Positions 16,802 through 25,910 of a stretch of DNA of 52,505 bases are shown in pieces. The position numbers and the translations under genes were made by a program. The number at the start of each line of letters is the position of its first letter. The stretch's first letter is position 1. Under the pieces are notes generated by a model, which did no database searches, was not told where the DNA came from, and saw nothing but the letters and a program-made list of their open reading frames with translations. Location of the stretch: the IMG/VR virus record IMGVR_UViG_3300046050_000049, positions 1 to 52,505 of that record; one strand, written 5' to 3'. The DNA is from a virus (taxonomy: Duplodnaviria; Caudoviricetes).

Positions 16802-17162
16802 CGTGGCCTCCGTGCGTCTCCTCGAACACCGGGTCGCCGTCGACGTGCTGGCCGAGCTGATCGTCGACGTCGTCACGGTCGACCCACGCGGGGATGGCCT
16901 CGCGCCCGGTCGCGAATAGGACTCTCCGGATATGCTTACAGCCGCCTGACCGGTCTCGATACTGCGAGTCGGGGCACTCGCAGGCCGCGTCGCGAGCGTC
17001 GACGAGGTACTCGCTACCGGACTCGGAGACGACGAGGAACAGACCGGGCGCGTCACGAACCCGACCGACATCGTCCATGACGGTCAGATACTGCGTGAGC
17101 GCTCGCGCGTCGACCTCGTCGAGGACATCTTCCCCGTCCGCGGAGTCGGTTACGGCCATCAC
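16794..17162 (-). CDS. SWIM zinc-finger protein
   Basis: SGSEYLVD...CECPD...CKHIRRV. Confidence 0.8.
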   Translation of the reverse strand: MMAVTDSADGEDVLDEVDARALTQYLTVMDDVGRVRDAPGLFLVVSESGSEYLVDARDAACECPDSQYRDRSGGCKHIRRVLFATGREAIPAWVDRDDVDDQLGQHVDGDPVFEETHGGHDG

Positions 17163-17548
17163 CGGACCTCCTCGTCCAGCACATCCTGTAGCCCGCTCGT
17201 CGTGAGTAGCGCCCGCGCCTCGTCGATCCGTGTCAGGACGCGCTCGCGGTTGGCTGGTGCATCTGCTCTTTGTGCTGCCTCGCGAGCGGCGGTGAGTTGG
17301 TCTTCGACGCGCCAGAGCGGCGCGCCGCCTTCGGGGTCTGCGTCCCCACCGTCGTACTGACCGATGAGGTCGCTGACTGAGACGGCGTCAGTTAGGCTTG
17401 ATCTCGGTGTCGAGTAGCCACAGGCTGGACATCCCCACGAGTCGATCTCATCTCCTCGGTGCTCGAAGCCGCGAACGTGTCCGGGAACGGAATCGCCGCA
17501 GTTCGGACACGTCGCGACGAGCGTATCGAGGTATTCGGGATCGCTCAT
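17159..17548 (-). CDS. Zn-ribbon protein
   Basis: CPNC...CPAC. Confidence 0.65.
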   Translation of the reverse strand: MSDPEYLDTLVATCPNCGDSVPGHVRGFEHRGDEIDSWGCPACGYSTPRSSLTDAVSVSDLIGQYDGGDADPEGGAPLWRVEDQLTAAREAAQRADAPANRERVLTRIDEARALLTTSGLQDVLDEEVR

Positions 17549-17895
17549 GCTGACCCCTCCCGGCCGCGGTGGACAGCGACGACGCGCTCCAGTCGCGAGC
17601 GTGGGAACGCGAACCGCTTCGTTGTCCTGACATCGGCCACAGTCCGCCTCGCGTAAATCACCTCGATGACGTGGTCGGCCTCCGGGTACTCTGGGTTCAC
17701 GTCGGCGACGGTGGTCCCGTCCGCGCCGATCTGTTTGCTGGCGGCGCGTTGGAGTGGCGTCGCGACGACCAGCAGCACCGGGTCGCGGTCCTCGCGGTCG
17801 ACCACGTGGTCGCCGACGTTGAGCACTGGGAGTTCGGCGGTGGCCGGCTCGTGGTCGGGGAGGTCGCTCGGGTCGTGGTCAGGGGGGTTGCTCAT
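17545..17895 (-). CDS. Hypothetical beta-rich protein
   Basis: ATGA overlaps; VGDHVVDRED...VADVNPEYP...FAFPRSRL. Confidence 0.65.
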   Translation of the reverse strand: MSNPPDHDPSDLPDHEPATAELPVLNVGDHVVDREDRDPVLLVVATPLQRAASKQIGADGTTVADVNPEYPEADHVIEVIYARRTVADVRTTKRFAFPRSRLERVVAVHRGREGSA

Positions 17896-18290
17896 GCGTC
17901 GTCACCCCGGAGGTCCGCGAGCGTCACGTCGTCGCTAAGCCACGACCGGCAGTCGTCGAGGTGTTCGGCCGCCAGCGCCTCGGCGTAAGCATCGAGTGCT
18001 TCGTCGACGCGGAGGTCGCTCTTTACGACGGTCTCTTCAACGTCGGTTCGGTCGCCGACTCCTCGATCCTCGGCGCGTCGACGGTCACGCTGGATACGCT
18101 GCGCACGCTGTGTCGCTCCGGCTGCCTGCGCCAGTTCAAGTAGGAGTTCGTCGCTGGCGACGATCTCGTCGAGCGCGTAGTAGAGGTCGGGTTCCTCGTC
18201 GAGCCACGCGTCGCTGCCGAGTGTCTCGGTGAGGCCTTGCTTTAGCGCGTTCTCGCGACGGTCACGAGCGCGGGTCGAAAGCCGGCTCAT
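17892..18290 (-). CDS. Hypothetical protein with C-terminal CRSW
   Basis: Start at MSRLSTR overlaps the upstream stop. Confidence 0.6.
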   Translation of the reverse strand: MSRLSTRARDRRENALKQGLTETLGSDAWLDEEPDLYYALDEIVASDELLLELAQAAGATQRAQRIQRDRRRAEDRGVGDRTDVEETVVKSDLRVDEALDAYAEALAAEHLDDCRSWLSDDVTLADLRGDDA

Positions 18291-18814
18291 GCCGACCCCT
18301 CCCGCAGCGCTGCGAGGATGTCGGCGACGCCGCCCGACATCACCGTATCCGGGTCCGGGTCGTTGATGACCCGGTAAATGCGGCCTTCTAAGCGGACGTA
18401 CGTCAGAGTCATCCGGTCTACTCTGACCTTCAGACGGTCGGTGACTTCGACCGTGTCCCTCCGGTCGGCCCCGTCGAACAGCTTGAACGGCGGAACCTTC
18501 TCCACGATGCCAGATCGGCGTAATGGCATGTTGGACCGGTCGGTCGGGTCGCCGCCGTCCCAGAAGACGACGCCGTCGCCTTCGCTGATGGCGTCCGTGT
18601 CGATGTCCACGGCATCCAGCTGTTCGCGAGCGAACGTCGCCCGGCAGTTCCGGCAGCAGCCCCGCGAGTAGGGGAGCGGGACGCCAAGGTACTCGCCGGA
18701 TTGTTCCTGCTGGTCGGTCGGGGTGTTCAGCCCGCAAAGCGTCCGGTCAGCGTCGCCGCAGACCAGATGGACTTTGTCAGCAGGCGCGTACCAGCGCCAC
18801 TCATCGTCACTCAT
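18287..18814 (-). CDS. Hypothetical Cys/His protein
   Basis: Operon overlap. Confidence 0.65.
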   Translation of the reverse strand: MSDDEWRWYAPADKVHLVCGDADRTLCGLNTPTDQQEQSGEYLGVPLPYSRGCCRNCRATFAREQLDAVDIDTDAISEGDGVVFWDGGDPTDRSNMPLRRSGIVEKVPPFKLFDGADRRDTVEVTDRLKVRVDRMTLTYVRLEGRIYRVINDPDPDTVMSGGVADILAALREGSA

Positions 18815-19111
18815 TCAGATCGCCTCCCGTAGTGATACGAGTTCGTCGGTATACACCTCGTCGAACGCGCCGAGCCGGCGGGAGTCCCACTGTCGCCGTT
18901 CAGCGATGTGGTCGGCCCACTTGTCGGCGTCGACGTTGTCCTGTCGCCAGACTACGTCGGTCCCCTCGACGACGAGGAGCGTGTCGGTCGCCTGCTCGGT
19001 CTTGAGCACGTGATGACAGCTGTCGGTGTCGATGCCGACGAGCAGCGTGTCGTCGCGGGGGTCGTGGTGTTCAAGTGCGGTGCGGTCGTCCGTCTGGGTG
19101 CTTCGTTCCAT
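18815..19111 (-). CDS. First gene of the second early operon
   Basis: MERSTQTDD...; preceded by a structured leader. Confidence 0.6.
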   Translation of the reverse strand: MERSTQTDDRTALEHHDPRDDTLLVGIDTDSCHHVLKTEQATDTLLVVEGTDVVWRQDNVDADKWADHIAERRQWDSRRLGAFDEVYTDELVSLREAI

Positions 19112-19125
19112 AGTCGGTTCGGAGC

Positions 19126-19173
19126 ACGGGGTCGGCGCTGTGACGCCGGCCTCACTTTCTGAGGCATCCCCGC
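19126..19173 (-). ncRNA. Structured 5' leader (three-way junction)
   Basis: GCGGGG/CCCCGT outer stem enclosing GCCTCA-GAAAG-TGAGGC and CGGCG-TCACAG-CGCCG. Confidence 0.45.
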
Positions 19174-19218
19174 TTCCTGTCCTACAGTAGGGCACCTATC
19201 TACTAATAGTTAACGATG

Positions 19219-19292
19219 GCAACCTACAAATTGGGTTGCTATGCGCGGCGTACGTCGGTAACTTTACGTCGTAGGCGTGAGTCGGTAACTTT
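19219..19292. promoter_or_regulatory. Divergent immunity/switch region
   Basis: Imperfect inverted repeat GCAACC..GGTTGC (19219-19239); direct repeat GTCGGTAACTTT at 19254-19265 and 19281-19292. Confidence 0.55.
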
Positions 19293-19571
19293 GTGAGTAC
19301 GACAACCGACTCCAGCGGTATGCTCGACCCTGATGACCTCCGCCAGCCGGTGGACGGAGCAATCCTCGACCTGCTCAACGAGGGACGCGTCTCCCCTCAG
19401 TATGCCCGTGAGCGACTCGACGCCGACGATGTTGACGACTACTCGCGGTCGTACGTCCAGCAGCGCCTCGCCCGGCTGGAGGAGCACAGCCACGTCTGCA
19501 ACCTGCTTGGGTGCGGGCTGTACGAACTGATGAGTGATCCGCGCGACAGTGACAACGATGAAGTACGTTGA
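19293..19571 (+). CDS. PhiH1-repressor-like winged-HTH protein
   Basis: DGAILDLLNEGRVSP...SRSYVQQRLARLEEH...GLYEL..DP; divergent from the early operon. Confidence 0.75.
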   Translation: MSTTTDSSGMLDPDDLRQPVDGAILDLLNEGRVSPQYARERLDADDVDDYSRSYVQQRLARLEEHSHVCNLLGCGLYELMSDPRDSDNDEVR

Positions 19572-19704
19572 ACTTCGGACGCGGCCAACCGCCGAATCGG
19601 CCCGTTCCGGCGACGATCTCGGCGCGGTCCCGAGACAGTCACCGCGCTCGGCGAGCTGGAAGCTCCGCAACTGGCGACCGAACGAGAAAAAGCGGGGTCG
19701 TCAG

Positions 19705-19944
19705 ATGGTGATGTCTCTCACGAGTTGCGAGCTCGGAGAGGAAAATCAGGCGCTACCCGTAGTCCAACCGGAGGATCATACCACGGTTGATTGGGATGCC
19801 TATCACGAGGCTAAAGAGAACGGCGAGAAGCCCCCATGTCCTGAATGTGGGTCAGGGGACATCAACGAAGTCCCGATTTCAGGCGCGAAGTACCGTTGTC
19901 GGAACTGTAGCCATGCCTACGGAGACGCGGGGGCATACAGATGA
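19705..19944 (+). CDS. Zn-ribbon protein (start uncertain)
   Basis: CPECGS...YRCRNC. Confidence 0.55.
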   Translation: MVMSLTSCELGEENQALPVVQPEDHTTVDWDAYHEAKENGEKPPCPECGSGDINEVPISGAKYRCRNCSHAYGDAGAYR

Positions 19945-20150
19945 GCGGAACGGATCGGTCTGGATGTCCGAGCTGCGATTGGAACGGTGAAGTCGCGGTG
20001 ACCCACGACAGGACTCACCGGTACTACACTCACGTCATCATCGAAGATGGTGAGGTATTCAAAGGCAGGACGTGTTCGGAGCGCACCCATCCGAAAAAGC
20101 GCGGTCTCGTCGAACGAGTGGCTGATGGTCTGGAGGTGGACTTCCTGTGA
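19941..20150 (+). CDS. Small CxxC protein
   Basis: ATGA overlap; CPSC. Confidence 0.6.
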   Translation: MSGTDRSGCPSCDWNGEVAVTHDRTHRYYTHVIIEDGEVFKGRTCSERTHPKKRGLVERVADGLEVDFL

Positions 20151-20485
20151 CGAGTGAGTTCGATCACGAGAAGTGCCGCCAGCATGTCTGCGGGGCTTGC
20201 TTCCGGTACTTCTGGACGGTTGATGCCTACAACAAGGAGGTCTCTTGCCCGTACTGTGGCGAAGACCCCGACCTTTCGAGTGCTCGGCCAGAGGAGAGAC
20301 TGGTCATTGAAGGGGATTTCGGTGATCTCGACAAGCCAGACGGGGCCGTGTACGAACTCCCGAACGGCCACCGCTACGAGATGGGTACTCGTCACGATTG
20401 TGGAGTCCGGGACTGCCCGGCGAATAACCTCCACGTTCCGCCGACTTCGGAAAAATCCTCAGAAGAAACGGAGGCAGGACGATGA
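20147..20485 (+). CDS. Zn-finger protein
   Basis: CGAC...CPYC; GTGA overlap. Confidence 0.6.
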   Translation: MTSEFDHEKCRQHVCGACFRYFWTVDAYNKEVSCPYCGEDPDLSSARPEERLVIEGDFGDLDKPDGAVYELPNGHRYEMGTRHDCGVRDCPANNLHVPPTSEKSSEETEAGR

Positions 20486-20733
20486 ATTCGGACGATGACG
20501 TTCGTCAAAAAACCGGTTCAACGCATGGGGTGAGTGACGAGTGTGCCGATCACCTCCGCGCGGCGGCCGACTCGCTTGGCGATGTGCGGACTGACCTGAC
20601 CCACGCCGTTGAGCGTAGTCCAGGCGATACTGAAGCACTGATCAACGAGCACAGCGATATGGCGTCGCAGCTGCAGGATACCCTCCGCGAACTCGCTATC
20701 AACGTTGAGGTACTCGAAGAGGCCGACGAATAA
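20482..20733 (+). CDS. Small helical protein
   Basis: Overlaps both neighbours. Confidence 0.6.
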   Translation: MNSDDDVRQKTGSTHGVSDECADHLRAAADSLGDVRTDLTHAVERSPGDTEALINEHSDMASQLQDTLRELAINVEVLEEADE

Positions 20734-22532
20734 TGAGCACGCAGAACCCCACCGATAGCGACAGCGAGTCGGTTAGCGAGGACGGCGGCGACATCTCCCT
20801 TGAAGATCTCGGCGAACGACTCCGGTCGTCGACGCCACAGGACCTCCTCGCGCTCGCCGACCGACTTGACGAGACAGCCCGTCGTCGCGAGATCGCGCAC
20901 GTCGCAGATATCATCGACGAGGACGACGAGCAAGAAGAGCGCATCCGCCTCTATCCGAGCCAGCTCCGTCTCCATGTTGACGCGCCGGCCAAGGAGACGA
21001 AGACGACGCTCGGGGACCTCGCACACTTAGTCGAGACGAGCCACGACGGCGATGCCTCGATCTACGAGACCGAGCCGCTCGACATCTGGACGTCGCCCTA
21101 CGAGTTCGTCGACGAGCTGCTCGACGACTACGCGCGGACGGTCGGGCAGCTTCCCGAGTCGGTGGAGAAGCAACTCCGCCGAATCTGGGAGCGTGGGCAC
21201 GCCTTTCGGCTCCGCACCCATCCCGACGGCTTTACGGTGCTACGAGCGTCGACGACCGAACTCTTCGAGGATGTCGCAAAGGAATACCTTGAGCACAACG
21301 ACCACTACACGCAGTACCTCTCGGACACCGAAATGCGGGTCAAGTCCGGTGCCGAGGGCGATGTAAAAGAGGTGCTCTACGAAGCGGGCTACCCGCCGAT
21401 AGATGAACGCGACCTTGATCCCGGTGCTGACCTAAGCGTCAGCCTCGACGAGGATCTCGAACTCCGCCCCTACCAGCGGGAGTGGGTCGACCGGTTCCTC
21501 GAAACGGGAAGCGGCGTGATCGACGCTCCGCCCGGCGCTGGCAAGACGGTCGCGGCGCTCGCAGTCCTCGCTGAACTCGGGCAGGAGGCGCTCGTCCTCG
21601 TCCCCAGTCGAGAACTCGCCCAGCAGTGGCAGCAGGCGCTTGCGGAGGGGACGGACCTCGCAAGCGGCTACAGCCGGAAGATCGGTCAGTACCACGGCGG
21701 CGAGAAGAACCTCCGCCCGGTCACGATCACCACCTACGACATGGCCTCGAAGAGTCGGCACGGCCGGAAGCTCTTCGACCGCGAATGGGGACTCATCATC
21801 CACGACGAGGCACACCACACCCCCGCGTCGGTCTGGCGACGGACCTCCGAACTGCAGGCGCGCTCGCGGCTCGGGCTGACCGCGACGCCAGTTCGGTCGG
21901 ACGGAAAGAGCGAGGAGATCTTCACGCTCATCGGCCGACCAGTGACCTCGACGTGGGAAGAACTCTACGAGGCGGGCTGGGTCCATCGCCCGAACGTCGA
22001 GGTCCGGTTCGTCCCGTGGGCCAGCGGCGACGACCGCGAGGGCTACCGCTCTGCAGAGGGCACCCGGAAAATGATGGCGGCCGCGGAGAATCCAGCGAAG
22101 CTTCGAGAAACCCAGCGGCTCCTTGAGACGCACGCCGACGAGAAGGTGCTGATCTACTGCGGCTGGACCGATCAGGGCGAACAGTACGCCGACGTCCTTG
22201 ACCTCCCGTTCGTACAGGGTGAGACGCGGCACTCGCAGCGCGAGGAGTACTACGAGCAGCTGCGCGAGGGCGATCTGGAAGGGCTGATCGTGTCCCGAGT
22301 GGCTGATGAGGGGATCGACCTCCCTGATGTTGACACGGTGATCATCGCCTCGATGCTCGGTGGGTCGCGTCGGCAGGGTGCCCAGCGCGTTGGTCGAGTG
22401 ATGCGGCCGCTCGGCGGCGCAGACGCGTACCTGCTTGCGACACGGGGGTCGAACGAGGAGGAGTACGCCCGGTCGCAGATGAACTACCTTCGCGAACGGG
22501 GGACGACGGTCACCGAGACCGAAGTCGAGTAG
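20733..22532 (+). CDS. XPB/Rad25-like SF2 DNA helicase
   Basis: LRPYQ, PPGAGKT, DEAH, GLTATP, DEGIDLP, QRVGRVMRP; XPB-type N-terminal region ending EAGYP. Confidence 0.88.
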   Translation: MSTQNPTDSDSESVSEDGGDISLEDLGERLRSSTPQDLLALADRLDETARRREIAHVADIIDEDDEQEERIRLYPSQLRLHVDAPAKETKTTLGDLAHLVETSHDGDASIYETEPLDIWTSPYEFVDELLDDYARTVGQLPESVEKQLRRIWERGHAFRLRTHPDGFTVLRASTTELFEDVAKEYLEHNDHYTQYLSDTEMRVKSGAEGDVKEVLYEAGYPPIDERDLDPGADLSVSLDEDLELRPYQREWVDRFLETGSGVIDAPPGAGKTVAALAVLAELGQEALVLVPSRELAQQWQQALAEGTDLASGYSRKIGQYHGGEKNLRPVTITTYDMASKSRHGRKLFDREWGLIIHDEAHHTPASVWRRTSELQARSRLGLTATPVRSDGKSEEIFTLIGRPVTSTWEELYEAGWVHRPNVEVRFVPWASGDDREGYRSAEGTRKMMAAAENPAKLRETQRLLETHADEKVLIYCGWTDQGEQYADVLDLPFVQGETRHSQREEYYEQLREGDLEGLIVSRVADEGIDLPDVDTVIIASMLGGSRRQGAQRVGRVMRPLGGADAYLLATRGSNEEEYARSQMNYLRERGTTVTETEVE

Positions 22533-22698
22533 TGTTGCCACTGGCCGGTTTCTGATTCTGCTCGCCAGAGCGTCCGCGAGCGGGTCGAGGACGAGCTCGC
22601 AGGCTATGGTGCCGACGAGACCACCATCGAGGAGACGTACGAGCAGGTGCTCGCGGCGCTGGCGACAAACTGAATCCTGTGATTCTCCGCCCGGCGTC

Positions 22699-22905
22699 TT
22701 AGAATTCTGAGAGCCGCCGGCAGACGAGGGGCTGGCCGCCAGCCGTCCCGATGGCGTAGCGCGCCCAGAACGCCAACACGACGGGCGACAGGAACGTCAC
22801 AGCGGCGAATAGTGGGGTGAGGAGTGCCCCCAGAACCGGGTAGAACGGCCACACGAGAGCGAAGGCCACGCCGTCCGGCACCGAGTGGTAGGAGAAGCCG
22901 GTCAT
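22699..22905 (-). CDS. Small membrane protein at the end of the late operon
   Basis: Hydrophobic; ATGA overlap with adhesin C. Confidence 0.5.
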   Translation of the reverse strand: MTGFSYHSVPDGVAFALVWPFYPVLGALLTPLFAAVTFLSPVVLAFWARYAIGTAGGQPLVCRRLSEF

Positions 22906-23390
22906 GCTTTGCTGATGCTGTCAATGACGTAGCCGGAGCTAACGGTGTACTCTAATATCGTGTACCCGAAAATATTCTCGTTGTTGTTTCCTGAGAGTTG
23001 TCTGAACCTGTTGCCACCGAAGCCCCCACCATCTATGTTCACCCACCCGGTGTCGTGTGGCGATGTCTTCTGTTGGTCGTATATCTTCGTGCCGTCGTCC
23101 TCGTAAATACGGATCTCTATATCTTGATTAACAAATTGCAATTCCGCGTAGCATCGAACCCGGTCAGGCTGACGGTTCGTGATTCCTCCCCTGCCCGGAT
23201 AGAACTGTTTATATGATTCGCCATTATCCAGAAATTCGTCCCAGTAACAGCGACTACGGAACGTTAGTGAACTGTCGCTCACCGATACGTCGTACTCAGC
23301 ATCCGTGAACTGCGCGAACATGCTTGTACTCTCGCCGTTGTTCACGTCGACAGTCGACTCCATCTTCGCGTTGAAGCCTCGGAGGGGCAT
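22902..23390 (-). CDS. Putative tail adhesin/receptor-binding protein, paralog C
   Basis: Paralog of A and B; downstream of the tail fibre; aromatic and Gly-rich. Confidence 0.7.
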   Translation of the reverse strand: MPLRGFNAKMESTVDVNNGESTSMFAQFTDAEYDVSVSDSSLTFRSRCYWDEFLDNGESYKQFYPGRGGITNRQPDRVRCYAELQFVNQDIEIRIYEDDGTKIYDQQKTSPHDTGWVNIDGGGFGGNRFRQLSGNNNENIFGYTILEYTVSSGYVIDSISKA

Positions 23391-23391
23391 C

Positions 23392-23940
23392 TTACGCGGC
23401 CCTCCCCAGACCAACACTGGATGGTGCTGAACCCCCTCGATTAGTTACCCCCCCCCCTTTGCTGATGTCGTCGATAGAGTAGCCGGAGCTAACGGTGTAT
23501 TCTAATATCGTGTAGCCGGCGCACGACTCCTCGCTGTTTCCTGTCTCTTGTCTGAACCAGTTGCCACCGAAGCCCCCACCACTCGTGTCCAACCACCCGG
23601 TGTCGTGTGGTGCTGTCTTCTGTTGGTCGTATATGACCGTGCCGTCGTTCGCTTTAACACGGATGGTCATATCACCATCAACGTAATCAAACTCGCCGTA
23701 GCATCGAACTCTGTCAGGTTGACGGTTCGTGATCCCGCCCCTGAAAGGATAGAACTGATAATACTCCTGACCATCACTCAGATAGGAGTCCCAGTGACAG
23801 CGACTACGGAACGTTAGTGAACTGTCGCTCACCGACACGTCGAACTCGGCATCCCCGAACTGCGCGAACGTCGACGTGCTTTCTCCGTCGTTCACGTCGA
23901 CAGTTGAATCCATAGCCGCGTTGAAACCACGGAGAGGCAT
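23392..23940 (-). CDS. Putative tail adhesin, paralog B (G10 tract near the 3' end)
   Basis: MPLRGFNA...VSSGYSIDDISK-GGG tail. Confidence 0.7.
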   Translation of the reverse strand: MPLRGFNAAMDSTVDVNDGESTSTFAQFGDAEFDVSVSDSSLTFRSRCHWDSYLSDGQEYYQFYPFRGGITNRQPDRVRCYGEFDYVDGDMTIRVKANDGTVIYDQQKTAPHDTGWLDTSGGGFGGNWFRQETGNSEESCAGYTILEYTVSSGYSIDDISKGGGVTNRGGSAPSSVGLGRAA

Positions 23941-23941
23941 C

Positions 23942-24541
23942 TTATGCCACCCCCTCCGGACCGACACTGGATACTGCTTGAACTTCTATATCAGTTACCC
24001 CCCACCCCCCCCCTTTGCTGATCCCGTCGACAGAATAGCCCGAGGAGACAGGGACACGAAGCTCCAGCGCCCACTCCACCCTCAGGTCGGTGCCGGAGTT
24101 GTTGAATACCTGATACTCCAGCCGGTCGCCGGGGTGAGTCATCCAGCCGGTCGTTTTGAACTTGTCGTACTCGGCCTCGTAGTAAACATCGTTGTTGTCT
24201 TGATCCTCTACGTACATTCGCCATTTTTCGCCATCGTTCCCGACAAGCGCCGCTTGGAAACGAAATTCATCGGGAGGCGCAGAAGGACCGATAATGCCGG
24301 CGTCCGGCGACACGCCCGAACCGCCGTTGAGTACGTCATAGCCGTAGTTCGATCCGGGGTTCACATACTCAGAATCGGACCACGAATCATAACGGCCGCG
24401 CGTACCGATTTCGATGGTCTGAGTGTTGTCCGACACGCTCACGTCGTATTCGGTATCTGCGTACTGTGCGAACGTTGACGTACTTTCTCCGTTGTTCACG
24501 TTGATTCTCGAATCCATTTTGGCGTTAAATCCTCGAAGCAT
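23942..24541 (-). CDS. Putative tail adhesin, paralog A (G9-T-G6 tract near the 3' end)
   Basis: Same N- and C-terminal blocks, divergent core; TAATG-coupled to the fibre gene. Confidence 0.7.
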   Translation of the reverse strand: MLRGFNAKMDSRINVNNGESTSTFAQYADTEYDVSVSDNTQTIEIGTRGRYDSWSDSEYVNPGSNYGYDVLNGGSGVSPDAGIIGPSAPPDEFRFQAALVGNDGEKWRMYVEDQDNNDVYYEAEYDKFKTTGWMTHPGDRLEYQVFNNSGTDLRVEWALELRVPVSSGYSVDGISKGGGWGVTDIEVQAVSSVGPEGVA

Positions 24542-25908
24542 TATGCTATCACCACTGAGCCGCCGCCTGCGAGGTCGTAGTCTGTCGTCGTCGTGTTGTC
24601 CACGAGGAGCGCGACCGTCTGCGCGCCGCCGGAGCTGTTCGTGTACGATCCGCTCGCGTTGTCGTAGACCGTCCCGCCGTCGCCGGCGGCCACCGTCGTC
24701 TGCACCGTGTAGCCGCCCGCGCCGTCGAGGACCGCGATCACGAGGTCGACGCCGGTCGCGACGGCTGTCCCGTCGCTGTTCATCAGCGTGGCGCGGTCCA
24801 CGTCGAGCGTCTCGCCGTCCAGCACCTCCGTCGGCGCGATCAGGGCCGCGTCGCCGCTGGCCACCACGCCGCTCTGATATGCAGAGGGCACCTGTTGGGC
24901 CTCACTGTCCGAGTAGCGGGCGTGGTGGTTGTCCGGCTGCACGTCTTCCAGCCTGCTGTGTAGCGGCTGTCTATCCACGGGACCTTGGCTATATATTTGC
25001 CGCCAAGACCCATTCCAGTAGAACCGAAGCCCCTCGCTGTTGTCCCATCCAATCCTTCCCTCGTCGTTGGCTGCCTCATCGAACTCGATGTTGTTGAGTT
25101 TGACAGAATTGATATTATCCTTCACTGCCTCTTTCGCTTCGGCGTCCGAGTAGCGGCTGTGATGCACGTCGCTTGCTCCTGAGTGGTTGCTGAGTTCGGT
25201 TTCGGTCGCCGTCGCGAACGCCAGCATATCCTCAGTCACACCATCGGCTTCGACGCGAATATTCCCGTCCGCGTCCAGCGTGAGACCGTTCGCGACCGCA
25301 GCAGCGAGCGCATTCCCCGATATTGTCAGCCCTTTCCCGAGCGTCAGTTCAAGACCCTGCGCACCGTCTTCGGTGAGCGGGTCCGAGACTGAGACCGGGT
25401 TATGATGTGCTGCTGGGCGGTCGGCGTGTCGCTTCAGCAGGCGCTCATCAACGACCGACGTGACACCGCTACCGTCGGTGTCAAACGTCCAGAGCGGGAT
25501 CGTCGGGTCAAGATCGCCGAACGCGCTCGCGAGGCCGACGATCACTGTGTCAGCCGCGTCCCGATCTGCATCGTCGGCCGACGAATAAACAGCGGACACG
25601 TCCCAGCCGACGAACACTGTCTGTCCGGCTGTCGATGCTGCAAGGTCGACGTCGGTCGCCACATCGCGAGCGAGCCACCCATCGACAAACGCCTCGCCAG
25701 GGTCGATCGTCACCGTCAACGAGGTTGCCGAGTGGGTTTGGTCGAACGCATTCAGCACCGTTTCGTCGATACCAGAATCGGCCGCCTGCGACGACCGTGT
25801 TGGCTGTGTTGATGGGACGACCCAGCCGTCGGCAGCTTGTCCCCACGACTCGCCGGCTTCGACGGTGTGGACGAGACTCCCAGTCGCGCCGGGTTGTGCT
25901 CGATCCAT
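24541..25908 (-). CDS. Tail fibre protein
   Basis: Position; TIDPGEAFVDG N-domain; GKGLT/NGLT repeats; HHxRYSDxEA repeats. Confidence 0.75.
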   Translation of the reverse strand: MDRAQPGATGSLVHTVEAGESWGQAADGWVVPSTQPTRSSQAADSGIDETVLNAFDQTHSATSLTVTIDPGEAFVDGWLARDVATDVDLAASTAGQTVFVGWDVSAVYSSADDADRDAADTVIVGLASAFGDLDPTIPLWTFDTDGSGVTSVVDERLLKRHADRPAAHHNPVSVSDPLTEDGAQGLELTLGKGLTISGNALAAAVANGLTLDADGNIRVEADGVTEDMLAFATATETELSNHSGASDVHHSRYSDAEAKEAVKDNINSVKLNNIEFDEAANDEGRIGWDNSEGLRFYWNGSWRQIYSQGPVDRQPLHSRLEDVQPDNHHARYSDSEAQQVPSAYQSGVVASGDAALIAPTEVLDGETLDVDRATLMNSDGTAVATGVDLVIAVLDGAGGYTVQTTVAAGDGGTVYDNASGSYTNSSGGAQTVALLVDNTTTTDYDLAGGGSVVIA

Positions 25909-25910
25909 GA

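Noticed and set aside
22902-24541. Diversity-generating retroelement or invertible shufflon as the explanation for the adhesin array
   Set aside because: No reverse transcriptase in the window, differences are not adenine-specific, all copies are in direct orientation, and no adjacent invertase or inverted repeats were seen
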